Assembly (NCBI GenBank): GCA_963514005.1
Contig: OY740805.1
Coordinates: 24,118,001 to 24,182,000, forward strand
Source: Raja brachyura
Taxonomy: Eukaryota
DNA: 64,000 bases
Direction of reading: 5' to 3'
Positions 25,802 through 37,604 of this stretch are shown here, piece after piece (position 1 is the first letter of the stretch; the number at the start of each line of letters is the position of its first letter). Below the pieces are notes generated by a model, which saw only the letters and a program-made list of their open reading frames with translations, did not search any database and was not told where the DNA came from. The position numbers were made by a program, and so were the translations under genes.

Positions 25802-26169
25802 TTACAGCTCCAGATACCTGGGTTCGATCCTGACTATGGATGCTTGTCTGTACGGAATTTGTACATTCTCCCCATGACCTGCGTGGGTTTCCTCCGGGAT
25901 CTCCGGTTTCCTACCACACTCAAAAATAAAAACGTACAGGTTTGAGGGTTAATTGGCCTGGTATAAATGTAAATTGTCCCTTGTGTGTGTGTGTCAGATA
26001 CTGTTAGTGTGAGGGGATCACCGATCGGCATGGACTCGGTGGGCCAAAGCGCCTTTTTCAGTGCTGTATCCCTGAACTAAACTACAACAGGAGGAGGAGG
26101 GTAGGAGAGAAAAAGCAGCAGAAATGGGAAAGAGAGAGATGTGGCTGAAGAAGGGGAGTGTATTGAACA

Positions 26170-26285
26170 GAAACTATTTCACTGGAAATCCCCTGCGTAT
26201 TGTTTACTCAATTTGCATGACACACTCAAAATTCAGCTCTTTCACTTTCAGTTGGCACAGTTTCAGTGTGCAAAGTCCCCACCCT
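26170..26285. promoter_or_regulatory. Candidate immune enhancer: NF-kB, forkhead, octamer, IRF/ISRE and a second NF-kB-like motif
   Basis: GGAAATCCCC 26184-93; TGTTTAC 26201-07; ATTTGCAT 26211-18; TTTCACTTTCAGTT 26240-53; GCAAAGTCCCC 26270-80, in sequence with no repeat I recognise. Confidence 0.55.
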
Positions 26286-27385
26286 GCTGTGTGTGCTCAC
26301 CACAGGTTCCAAACCAGCTATTCCTCTCCATTTTGTGACTTGCAGACTGTACACAGTCACAGTTTTATTACCAACTTGAAAAAATGACTTGTGTATGTAG
26401 CCCAGTCCATTGCATTGACCAGACTCGCCACCATTGATTCCATCTGCACTTCACGCTGCATCGGAAAAGCAGCTAACATAACCAAAGACTTGTCCCACCC
26501 CGGTTATTCCTTCTTCTCCCCGCTCCCGTCCAGCAGAAAGTGCAGAAGCTTGAATGCGCACACCACCAGACTCAGGAATAGCATTTTCCCCTCTGTTATC
26601 AGTTAGGGTCCTTCCATAAGCGAGGGTACTGTCCGATTTATCTTTAAACATAGAAATTAGGTGCAGGAGTAGGCCATTTGGCCCTTCGAGCCTGCACCGC
26701 CATTCAATATGATCATGGCTGATCATCCAACTCAGTATCCCGTACCTGCCTTCTCTCCATACCCTCTGATCCCCTTAGCCACAAGGGCCACATCTAACTC
26801 CCTCTTAAATATAGCCAATATCTCCATTGCGGACTTACTCCATTGCGGACACTGGACTTTGTCTATAGAACTGATGCACCACATTGCTCCATTCTCTTCC
26901 AAAGGGCAGTAAATCCTAACCCGGAGAATCCTGTCCGAAAGCATCATGCGCCAATATTACCCAATCACATAAGCACATCTCGTTTTATGGCAGCACTAGA
27001 ACTGTTGCTTCACAGCTTCGATCCTGACCTCCGGTGCTGTCTGTGTGGAGTCTCTCCGATCTCCCTGTGACTGCATGTATTTCGTCCGGGTGCTTCAGTT
27101 TCCTCCCTCATCACAAAAACATGCAGGTAGTAAAGGTTAATTGGCCTTCTGTAAATTGTCATACAGAGGCCTACAAAACAAAAAATAAAACTGTTACTAA
27201 CCATTGCTACTTCGATAGAAACTCCCATATCTACAACTTTGTCCAGAGATAAGCATGAGTGCACCAGATACTCCTCCAGCAAGTTCCCCCACTCCTTTCA
27301 TTGAACTATTATCTCCATATCTTATGACATAACTTTGACTTTAATAATGACAGGTCAATGTAATTTGTAATTTCTATATCTATTA

Positions 27386-27690
27386 GGGCGGCACGGTGGC
27401 ACAGCGGTAGAGTTGCTGGGTTACAGCGCTTACAGCGCCAGAGCCCCGGGTTCAATCCCGACTACAGGTGCTGTCTGTACAGAGTTTGTACTTTCTCCGA
27501 CATCTTCTGTTTCCTCCCACAGTCCAAAGACGTACAGGTTTGCAGGTAGATTGCCTTGGTATAATTGTAAATTGTGCCTAGTGTGTGTAGGGTAGTGTTA
27601 ATGTGCGGGGATCGCTGGTCGGTGCAGACTTGGTGGGCCGAAGGGCCTGTTTCCATGTTGTATCTCAAAAAAAAAAACGAAACTAAACCA
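27386..27690 (+). mobile_element. V-SINE
   Basis: gggcggcacggtggcacagcggtagagttgc head; tail gggccgaagggcctgtttcc. Confidence 0.85.
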
Positions 27691-28171
27691 TGTTGTTTTG
27701 GTCAGTGTGCATTTGATTGCCTGAATAGCCTGTTTCTAAGCTGTACAAGTCAATGACAAAACTGGAATTCCCCAGCCAATGACACTATCAATGAAATCAT
27801 CACACTGCGTCATGTGGCAAAGTACATTTTCTGGGAATGCAGTAAGTCTAGATTTTTCCTCATCTTTGGCGGCACGGTGACATTTCGGTAGAGCTACTGT
27901 TCTACGGGTGCTGTCTGTATGGAATTTGTACATTCTCCCCGTCACCTGCATGGGTTTTCTCCGATATCTTTGGTTCCCCCCCCACACTCCAAAGAGACAG
28001 ACATACAGGTTTATAGGTTGATTGCCTTATATAAACGTAAAATAAATTGTCCCTAATGTGGGTAGAGTGGTGTTAATGTCGTGGGTCGGTGTGGAATCGA
28101 TGGGCCAATGTATCTCTAAACTAAACTAAACTAAAATGCATTGTAAGCAAATGATCTAGTTATAAACACCA

Positions 28172-28810
28172 CAACTGGCCTTTATAAATCAGAGCATTGA
28201 ATATAGGAGTAGGGAAGTAATGTTAAAATTGTACAAGGCATTGGTAAGACCAATTCTGGAGTATGGTGTACAATTTTGGTCACCTAATTATAGGAAGGAT
28301 GTCAACAAAATAGAGAGAGTACAGAGGAGATTTACTAGAATGTTGCCTGGGTTCCAGCAACTAAGTTACAGAGAAAGGTTGAACAAGTTAGGTCTTTATT
28401 CTTTATAGCGCAGAAGGTTAAGGGGGGACTTGATTGAGGTCTTTAAAATGATGAAAGGGATAGAAAGAGTTGACGTGGATAAGCTTTTCCCATTGAGGGT
28501 AGGGAAGATTCAAACAAGAGGGCATGACATGAGAATTAAGGGACAGAGGTTTAGGGGTAACATGAGGGGGAACTTCTTTACTCAGAGAGTGGTAGCTGTG
28601 TGGAATGATCTTCCTGCAGAAGTGGTGGAGGAAGGATCGATTTTAACATTTAAAAGTAAAGTGGATAGGTATATGGACGGCAAGGGAATGGAGGGGTATG
28701 GTCTGAGTGCAGGTAGATGGGACTAGGGGAAAATAAATGGTCGGCACGGACTGGAAGGGCCGAGAAGGCCTGTTTCCGTGCTGTAATTGTTATATGGTTA
28801 TTATATGGTT
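28172..28810 (+). mobile_element. CR1 3' fragment, (TTATATGG)n-tail family
   Basis: MLKLYKALVRPILEYGVQFWSP...GRWD; near-identical to 30335-30686. Confidence 0.9.
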
Positions 28811-30334
28811 AACATGCAAAGGTTTGGTATGCACACATTAACTGTAGTCATACAACACTAAAGCAGGCCCTTTGGCCCAACCCACCCATGCTGATCTCGA
28901 TGCTCGGTCTATGCTAGTCCCATTGCCCCATACCCCTCTGGAGCCCCACGGACCAGCACCTGTGTGAAGGCCCGGAAGGGGGGCCAGCTGAGCCGATCCC
29001 TGATCTTCGCCCGAAGACCGGATTCAAGAAGGATGAATGACGGACGCAATGGGCAAGGAGGAGAGGAGAGGGAATGGTGTCGGGCCTACAGCGCCCTCAA
29101 GGTCAGATATGGGAGGCTTCTCTGGGACACAAAGGTGGACGGGCGAGGAGAGGGATGTCGTTTTGTACGTCCAAGGGAAGGTGATGGGTGGAGGCCTGCA
29201 GTAGCCTGGGACTTGCCTGGAAGGTGCGCCACTCATCACAACTAGAGCGCGGACTGGACTTTGAAAATGGTGCCAAAACATGGCACCTCTGGCACGCAGG
29301 CCCAGTGGACTATTTCTGTACACTTTGCTCATCGGGGAAGTATGTAGGTATGGCAATAGTCTACTGGACTGTTTGTAAGAAAATAATTTCACTGTGCATT
29401 TGGACTTTGCATATATGGCAATCATCATCATCATTGGCGGTCACTCGAAACGACTATGACTGTCCTCTCCTCTCCATAGGGTCATCTGCTAGTGAGTCTG
29501 CAGATGTCTGTAGAGGCCGATCCGTGACCCACACACGGTGCAACGTGGGCAGTGGAAACTGGCGGTGGTTGGTAGTCATCGAGCCCCCTTCTCCTCTTTC
29601 CTTCTCTGTGACACGGCGTAGTTCCATTTCGTGATGCGCAGCTCCTTCCTGCACGGATTTCCTCCTGGAGCGCCTGTCCAGCGCAATGTGCTCCCAGTTG
29701 CTCGATGCGATGTGGAATTTCTTTAGACTGTCCTTGATGTTGTCCTTGAAGCGTTTCTTTGGCCCGCCGGGGGCTCGACAACCTTCCTTCAATTGAGAGT
29801 ACAGAGTTTGATTAGGGAGACGTGGGTTGGGCATGCGGATGACATGGCCAGTCCATCGAAGTTGGTGCTGCATTATTGTGGTGGTGATGCTGGTCATGTT
29901 GGCTTCCTCCAAAGCGCTGGTGTTGGTGCGTTTGTCCTCCTAGCTGATCCTCAGAATTTTTCGTAAGAATCTTTGATGGTATTGTTCCAGGGCTCTCAGA
30001 TACCTGCAGTAGGTGGTCCATGACTCGGCTCCATACAACAGGGTGGGGAGGACAATGGCTCTGTAGACCAGCAGTTTTGTTTGAGCTTTTAGGTCTCAGT
30101 CTTCAAAGTCTCTTTTCCTGAGTCTGGTGTAGGCTCCGCAGGTACTGCTCAGGCCATGCTTGATCTCAGAGTCGACTTCAGCTTTTAAGGAAAGAATGCT
30201 GCCAAGGTTGGGGAAGTGGTCAACGCTTTCAAGAGTGGTGTCGTCCACTTTTATAGTGGGCTGGGTCAACGGTGGAGGTTGATGTAGGATTAGGACCTGG
30301 GTCTTCTTGATATTTAAGGCTAGGCCCATGGCTC

Positions 30335-30686
30335 TAGGGATAGACAGAGTTGACGTGGATAAGCTTTTCCCATTGAGGGTAGGAAAGATTCAAACAAGAG
30401 GACATGACATGAGAATTAAGGGACAGAAGTTTAGGGGTAACATGAGGGGGAACTTCTTTACTCAGAGAGTGGTGGCTGTGTGGAACGATCTTCCTGCAGA
30501 CGTGGTGGAGGCAGGATCGATTTTAACATTTAAAAGTAAAGTGGATAGGTATATGGACGGGAAGGGAATGGAGGGGTATGGTCTGAGAGCAGGTAGATGG
30601 GACTAGGGGAAAATAAATGGTCGGCACGGACTGGAAGGGCCGAGAAGGCCTGTTTCCGTGCTGTAATTGTTATATGGTTATATGGT
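30335..30686 (+). mobile_element. CR1 3' fragment inserted antisense into the RTE
   Basis: GIDRVDVDKLFPLRVGKIQTRGH...GRWD; TTATATGG tail. Confidence 0.9.
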
Positions 30687-31259
30687 TCTGTCTGCCTTGG
30701 CAAAGGTATTCAGGATGCCCTGGAGGTCTTCTGCAGAATGTGCTGCAATGGCACATTTGTCCGCTTACTGAAGCTCCATGATGGCGGTGTTACTGACTTT
30801 GCTCTTGGCCTTCAACCTATTAAGGTTGAAGAGCCCACCATCACTTCTGTAGAGGATTGGGATCTCCTGTGGCAGCTTCCAATGAGGTGAAGTATGGCAG
30901 CAATGAAGACGACAAACAGGGTGGGTGCGATGATGTATGCCTGTTTGACCCCTGCTTCCAGAGTGAAGGGCTTGGACTCAGAGCCGCAGTTGTGGAGCAC
31001 TGTGACCGACATGCCATCATGTAGAAGCCTCAATATTCTGATGTACTTGTCCTGACAACCCTACCTTGATAGTATGCTCCAAAGAGCTGCCTTTGTTCAT
31101 GGCATTTTTCCTGGAGTTGGCGTACTGTGAATATCATGTCTGCTGCACCTCTGGACTGGATGGGTGGAATCCACACTGTGATTCTGGGAGTACCCCCGCA
31201 GACAGTGGTAGAAGGAGGTTTGCACGGACACGAGCAAGGACTTTGCCTGTTGTTGACGT

Positions 31260-32485
31260 CAGGGCCGGCCTTAGGAGATGTGGGGCCTAATTGGGAACAA
31301 TTTTGGTGAGCCCCAGGTTCCCAGCCAAGGTCTGTAGAATCATAGAAATACAAATAAAGTCTTTATAGACTTTATTTCTCTATGGTAGAATGGAAGGTAA
31401 TCAAAATATATGCTTAAAAAGTGCCTGCAAGTTAATGGACCAAACAGATCTAAGCTACATTTTAATATAAAATTGCATACATGTAAGCCTACAAGTAAAA
31501 AACAAAATGTGTAGATCATCTCTGAAAAGTACATAGTTACAATACCACTTGTTTTAGTGACTGTGAAATGAAAAACAAAATTAATTAACTAGATCCTGGA
31601 AAACCAATAACTATTGGCGAAAAACCAGTCCAGGCATTACATTTTGGGCTTCAGCCATCCTACCCTTTGGGCTTCTACCCCATCCTAACTTAGTTGTGTG
31701 TGTGTGTGTGTCTTAGTCGTGTGTATGTTAGTTATCTGTGCTTGATGTGTGTGTGTGTGTTAGTTTTCTGTGCGTTATGTGTGTGTGTGGGAGGGAAGGA
31801 GAGAAGGGAGGGAGGGAGAGAAGGGGGGAAGGACAAAAGGGCATGAGGGAAGTAGAGAATGAAGGGAGGCAGGGAAGAAGAGAAAGAAGGGAGGGAGGGA
31901 CGGAGAGAAGGGAAAATAGAGAGGAAGGATGGAGGGAAGGAGAGAAGGGAGGGGGGGCGGAGAGAAGGGAAAAGAGAGAGAGGAAGGATGGAGGGAAGGA
32001 GAGGAGGGAGGGAAGAAGGGAAGGGAGGGAGAGAAGGAAAGGAGAGGGCCGGCGGCAGGAGCGGATGCCGGGGTCCGGGTGGACTGGTGTGAACTGAGGC
32101 CGAGGTTTGTAAACGTTGCTCCAACCTCCAGCCTGGCCCTCCCTGTATTGTTCACCGCGTCTCCCCGGGGCGAGAGAGGGGTGGAGCCGGGGCTGTGTGC
32201 GTGAAGCACAGCGACTGGAGGGGGGGGGGGGGGGGGAGCGCTGCCCCCGGACCGTGAGGGAATGACCCACCTCCCCCTTCACAATTCCCCCTCACACCCC
32301 CGCTCCCCGTCTATCCCTTTCTTCCCCCTCCATCCCTCTACTCTCTCTCCACCCCTCTCCCCCCCCCCCCCCCTCCATCCGGGGTAGATTTACCCAAGCT
32401 GAGAGTAGATTACTCTAGCACGGGGGCCCCTAGGCGCGGGGCCCAATTGGGAGCAATTGGTCCAATCAGCTTAAGGCCGGCCCTG
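31260..32485. mobile_element. Non-autonomous hAT-like DNA transposon with internal (GT)n and GA-rich tracts
   Basis: TIR CAGGGCCGGCCTTA...TAAGGCCGGCCCTG; degenerate 8-bp TSD GTTGACGT/GTTGGCAG; RTE coding sequence rejoins across it. Confidence 0.8.
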
Positions 32486-32687
32486 GTTGGCAGGATCTAG
32501 ATGCCCCTGAAGTTTCAACATTAAGCCTCTCCCCTTCTTAAGAATGGTCACTATTAGAGCATCCCTGAGTTCTAAGGGAAGTTCTTTTTTTTCCACCACC
32601 ACCACCGAACGTTTCCTGCTCATGTGCCTGTCCAATTTTAGTACAAAATTATTAAATTGAGTCAAATGTATTGAAACATCAGGGCAT

Positions 32688-33105
32688 TATAAGGTCATAA
32701 GTGATAGGAGTAGAATTAGGCCATTAAGTCTATTCTTCCATTCAATCAGGGCTGATCTATCTCTCCCTCCTAACCCCATTCTCCTACCTTTGCCCCATAA
32801 CCCCTAACACCTGTACTAATCAAAAATCTATCTATCTCTGTCTTAAAAATATCCACTGATGGCCTCTTCAGCCTTCTGTGGCACAGAATTCCACAGATAC
32901 ATCATCCTCTCACTAAATACATTTCTCTTCAACTCCTTCCTGAAATAAATCCTTTAATTCTAAGGCTATGACCTCTAGTCCTAGGCTCTCCCACTAGTGG
33001 AAACATCCCCTCCACATCCACTCTATCCAAGCCTTTCACTATTCTGTATATTTTAATGAGATCCCCCCTCATTCTTCTAAACGCCAGCGGGTACAGGCCC
33101 AGTGC
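32688..33105 (-). mobile_element. CR1 3' fragment, (ATGACCTT)n-tail family
   Basis: Reverse complement of the CR1 3' end. Confidence 0.8.
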
Positions 33106-34904
33106 CCATGAGTTTAAAAAAATCTATGTTTGAATATTTTCTGTTCCTCCAATTTGCGTTTAGCCTCACTCTGACAATGGAGGAGACCTTGGACAGAAAG
33201 GTCAGTGTGTGAATGGGAAGGGGAATTAAAGTGTTTAGCAACCGGGAGATCAGGTAGGTCCAGGCGAACGGAGTAAAGGTGTTCAGCAAAACACTCGCCC
33301 AGTCTATGATTGGTCTTGCCGATGAATAAGAGTCCACATATAGTACAGCACACGAACAGGCCCTTCGGCCCACAATGTCTGTGTCGAACATGAGCGCCAA
33401 GACCAATTTGCACCTGCCTGTTGCAAGGACCTCTCCTTTTTGAAAACTGCAGATGCTGCAATCGTGAGCAAAACACACTGGACTGGAGGAACACAGTTGA
33501 TCAGGCAGCATTTTTGATGGAACTGGACGCAACGTTTCAGGTCAGGACCCTGATCAGTCTGAAGAGAGGACCAAAAAGTCCATTCACCTGTCCATTCACT
33601 GCCATTACCAGTATGAAGGCACACATAAACTGGGGGAACAGCACCTCATATTCTGCTTGGGTAGCTTACAACCCAACAGCATGAACATTGAAGAGAGACA
33701 TAAACTGCTAAAGAAAGTCACGGGGTCAGGTAGCATCTCTGGACAAAAGGAATAGGTGAGGTTTCAGCTCAGAACCCTTCTTCAGTATGAACAATGAATT
33801 ATACAATTTTAGGTATTACTACTTCCTCTCCCACCCTCACCTTTCTTTACTGTGCCCCGCATTGGTTTCCCACACCTATCCACAAGATCCCCTTGCACCC
33901 TTATCCCTCTGGTTTCACATTTCACTCCTCTTCTCTCCTTACCTTACCTGATACCAAACTGTCACCAAACTTCTGAATTCTCTGGGGTGGAACCCTCTCC
34001 AAGACAGACGTGAAGCTCACCATTTGACCTGTTTTTACAAAATGTTAAATGGTCAGCTAGACATAGATCACAAGACCTACACTAACCCCAAACCAATTAG
34101 GAGCAGATGAGGGCATTCGATCCAATTTGTGGTCCCAGTCACAAAGACACTATTAAAGCATGGAATAATCTCCACCAAACCATGGTTGCCCAGCCAGATG
34201 CAACTAAATTTAAAGTGGCACTTTCTTCTCAATAACCCTCTCTGGCTAAACCCCTCCCTTCACCACCTCCAGTTTAAATTCCAGTTGGAATATTTTGGAG
34301 GACCAAGTAACCAAGAACCAAGATACACTTCTATCTCCTCAAAACCCCCCTCATCTGCATCCACTTATCAGTTGCCAGGCTTTGCGCAGCCTGCACATTT
34401 TTTCCCACCTTTCTTCCCCCTACTCCAATCAGTCTGAAGGGTCGCAATTTAAAATATTGTCTATCCATTCATTCACAAATGCTGCCTGACTCACTTTGTT
34501 GCCCAAGCATTTGGTGCTGTACTCAAGATTCCTGCAACTGCAGTTCCTTGTGGCTCTCTGCATAGATGCTGCCTGTCCCGCTGAGGTCCTTCAACATTTT
34601 GTTTTTGTTTTAAAAGTTGTGAGTTCCATAGCATTGGTTTCTAGGCTCAAGAGTTAGTCATATTCGTACAGCACGGAAGCAGGCCCTTTGGCTCAACTTG
34701 CCCACGCCGACCGAAATGTCCCATCTATGCTAATCCCACCTGCCCACATTTGGTCCATATCCCTCGAGACTATTTCCTATCCATGCCTGTCCAAATGTCT
34801 TTCAAATGTTGTTATAGTACCTGCCTCAACTACCTCCTATGACAACACGTTCCAAAAACCCACCACTCTCTGTGTGAACAGGTTGACCTCACGTCACTTT
34901 TAAA

Positions 34905-35445
34905 TCTTGGGTTACACAAAAAGCTGGAGAAACTCAGCGGGTGCAGCAGCATCTAAGGAGCGAAGGAGATAGGTGATGTTTCGGGTCGAGACCCTTCTTT
35001 AGACTGGTCAGGGAAACAAGAGATATAGACGGTGATGTGGAGAGATAAAGAACAATGAATGAAAGATATGCAAATAAGTATTGATGATAAAGGAAACAGG
35101 TAAGCTGTTTGTGGTGTGAAAATGAGAAGCTAGTGCGACTGGGGGGGGGGGGGGGGGAGATGGAGAAGGAATGGCAGGGCCCGAGGGCTGAGGGAGAGGT
35201 GGGGAGGGGGAGGGGGAGGGGGCAGTCTGGGTTAACAGAATTGAGAATATTCAATGTTTAAGCCCAGAGGATGCAGACTCCCCAAGCGGAATATGAGGTG
35301 CTGTTCCTCCAACTTGCGGTGTTGCTCACTCTGGCGTGGAGGAGGCCCAGGACCGAGAGGTCGGATATGGAATGGGAGGGGGAGTTGAAGTGCTGAGCCA
35401 CCGGCAGGTCGGGTTGGCTATTGCGGACCGAGCGGAGGTGTTCGG
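34905..35445 (-). mobile_element. Penelope-like 3' end and pLTR
   Basis: Close reverse-complement match to ~9960-10510. Confidence 0.85.
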
Positions 35446-35624
35446 GTTTTCCCTCTCACTTTAAACCCATGTCCTCTGGTTCTTGATTCCCCTTCCCTTG
35501 TTAAAAGACTGTGCACTCTCCCGATCATTCCGCTGAGTTCACATGAGCATTGGAAATGAGCCAGTTGAAACAGCGACGGTTAATCCTATTCTTGGCGAGG
35601 AAATACTGGATTCGAGGGCGTAGA

Positions 35625-35740
35625 TATAAGATCACGTGGCCTGGTACCTGCATCAGTAATTCCGGGAAGCCGTCAGCATTTACAGTTCTGAATTGTGAAA
35701 CTGAGGGCATCAACTTGTTTTCTGCGCTTTCGCTTCAACT
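35625..35740. promoter_or_regulatory. Candidate regulatory element: E-box, GAS/STAT site and IRF-like motifs
   Basis: CACGTG 35633-38; TTCCGGGAA 35660-68; GTGAAACT ~35695-702; TTTCGCTTC 35728-36. Confidence 0.4.
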
Positions 35741-37604
35741 GCCGCGCTTTAACACGGCACTCTGGTATTTCCCCCATTGCATTAACTGTTGTACGACTGG
35801 ATTGTACTCATGTACAATATGATTTCCATGGAGAGCAGCTACATTTTTCACCGCGTCTCGCAACACGTGACAACAACAAGCTAATACCATCACACGACAG
35901 CATAACAACGAGTCTGAAGAATAAGAGTCGATAGTGTTTTTTGCAATTTGTCCCAGATAGAATAATGCAAATCGTACTTGCAGCAGCACAACAGAATGTG
36001 TAAACATAGTACACTGCAAACAATATAATAACGAGAGAGAAAAGTTCAGTGTGTGTATATATTACACATACAAACACACCCACACATATATATAGATCAT
36101 TTATGTATATATACACACACGCACACATGCGTACACAAAAAAACAACCAACAACAACAAACAAATAATAATAGTGCAAACAATAATAACGTTGCCGATTC
36201 ATTTCCCCCCACAGATGCTGCCTGACCCGCTGAGTTACTCCAGCATGTTGTGTTTCAATCAAGATTCCCGATTCTGCAGTTCCTTTCGCACCCAACGCCA
36301 GCAGGTGCGCCTCTGGTCTGATCCTACACCCAGCTTTGTATCTAAAAACTATTGCTAAAGACTGTGGTCCAAATAAGCTTTTTTTTTTAAACATTCCCCT
36401 GGACGGTTTGAGCAATTGTAAATGGAATGAGGTGTAACTGAGTTTTTAACATCGTAGTTACAATTGGGGTGCGGCTGAAAAAAGTTGCTGCCTCACAGTG
36501 CCAGAGACCCGGGTTCGACCCCGACCTCGGGTGCTGTCTGACCGGCGCTTGTACCTTCTCCGTCACCTCATGGTGATCAAAGATCATAAAGAAGGCCATA
36601 GAATGAAAGATCACACTCTTGCTCTGGTATTTTTGGTGGTGATAGTCGTTTTTCCGGCTGCTCAGGTTTCTTCCTACATTCCAAAGACGTGCAGCATTTT
36701 CTAGGTTAATTGACTTCTGCGTGTTGTCTTTGGTTTGTAGGATAGATTCGTGCATGGGAGATTGCAGGCCGGTGACGAATCGCTAGGCCGAAGGGCCTAT
36801 TTCCAAGCTGTATCTCTAAACGAAACTAATTCTGGATCTGAGCGGAAATCCAACCCCCTCGGAATAATTATTTCAAATTCACATGTTTTATAAAATTACA
36901 GCAATTGATGTTGGTGTCTTGAGCAAAACACAAAATGCTGGATAAACTCAGTGTGGTTGGCAGCATCTGTGGAGAGAATAGCCAAGCGACTTAATAGAGT
37001 TCAGAGTTTTTTTTATTGTCATATGTCCCGATGTGGAACAGTTACATTTTTAGGGTCTGAGGAAGGGTCCCGACCAGAAACGACCCCCATTTCTCTCCAC
37101 AAATTCCAGCATTCGCAGTTCCTTGTACAAATGCTGAGATCCTCCAGTACATTGTTTTGCTCTAGATTTCAGCACCTGCTGTTCATTGTGCCTTATGACT
37201 CCTTCAAGTAACCCTTGCCTCCCAGCTCTCTTCATCCTCCCCCACACCGCCCCCCCCCCTCCACTTTCTCAGTTATCCGACGAGTCTGACTGTCCTCTTT
37301 TACATGTTTATCTCTGTTTGAATCGTTGTTGCCTTCTCCACTTATCTATTCTAGTTTCCTTGAACTTCATCCCCATTTTCTCGTTTTCACGCCTTACACT
37401 TCCTTATCCCTGCATCTCCCTTTCCCCTGACTCAGTCTGAGGAAGGGTCTCGATCCGAAACCTATCATGAGATGCTGCCTATCCCGCTGAGTTAATCCAG
37501 CATTTTGTGACTATCTTCGATTTAAACCAGCACCTACTCGAATACAATGGTGAGCTAGATTTGTCAGTAGATTTTGTAGATAGACTGATCAGTAATGAGT
37601 CTGC

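Larger units (their letters stand above)
29421..32600 (-). mobile_element. RTE-clade LINE (RT and C-terminus) interrupted by a CR1 (30335-30686) and a hAT-like element (31260-32485)
   Basis: LRDALIVTILKKG, TTGKVLARV, DMIFTVRQLQEKC, GVKQAYIIAPTLF, QLRWTGHVIRMP..LYSQLKEG..GGPKKRFKD; (ATG)n tail at 29421-29434. Confidence 0.85.

Noticed and set aside
31728-32282. Several 100-180 aa Pro/Ser/Leu- or Glu/Arg/Gly-rich ORFs
   Set aside because: Low-complexity GA/CT tract inside a DNA transposon
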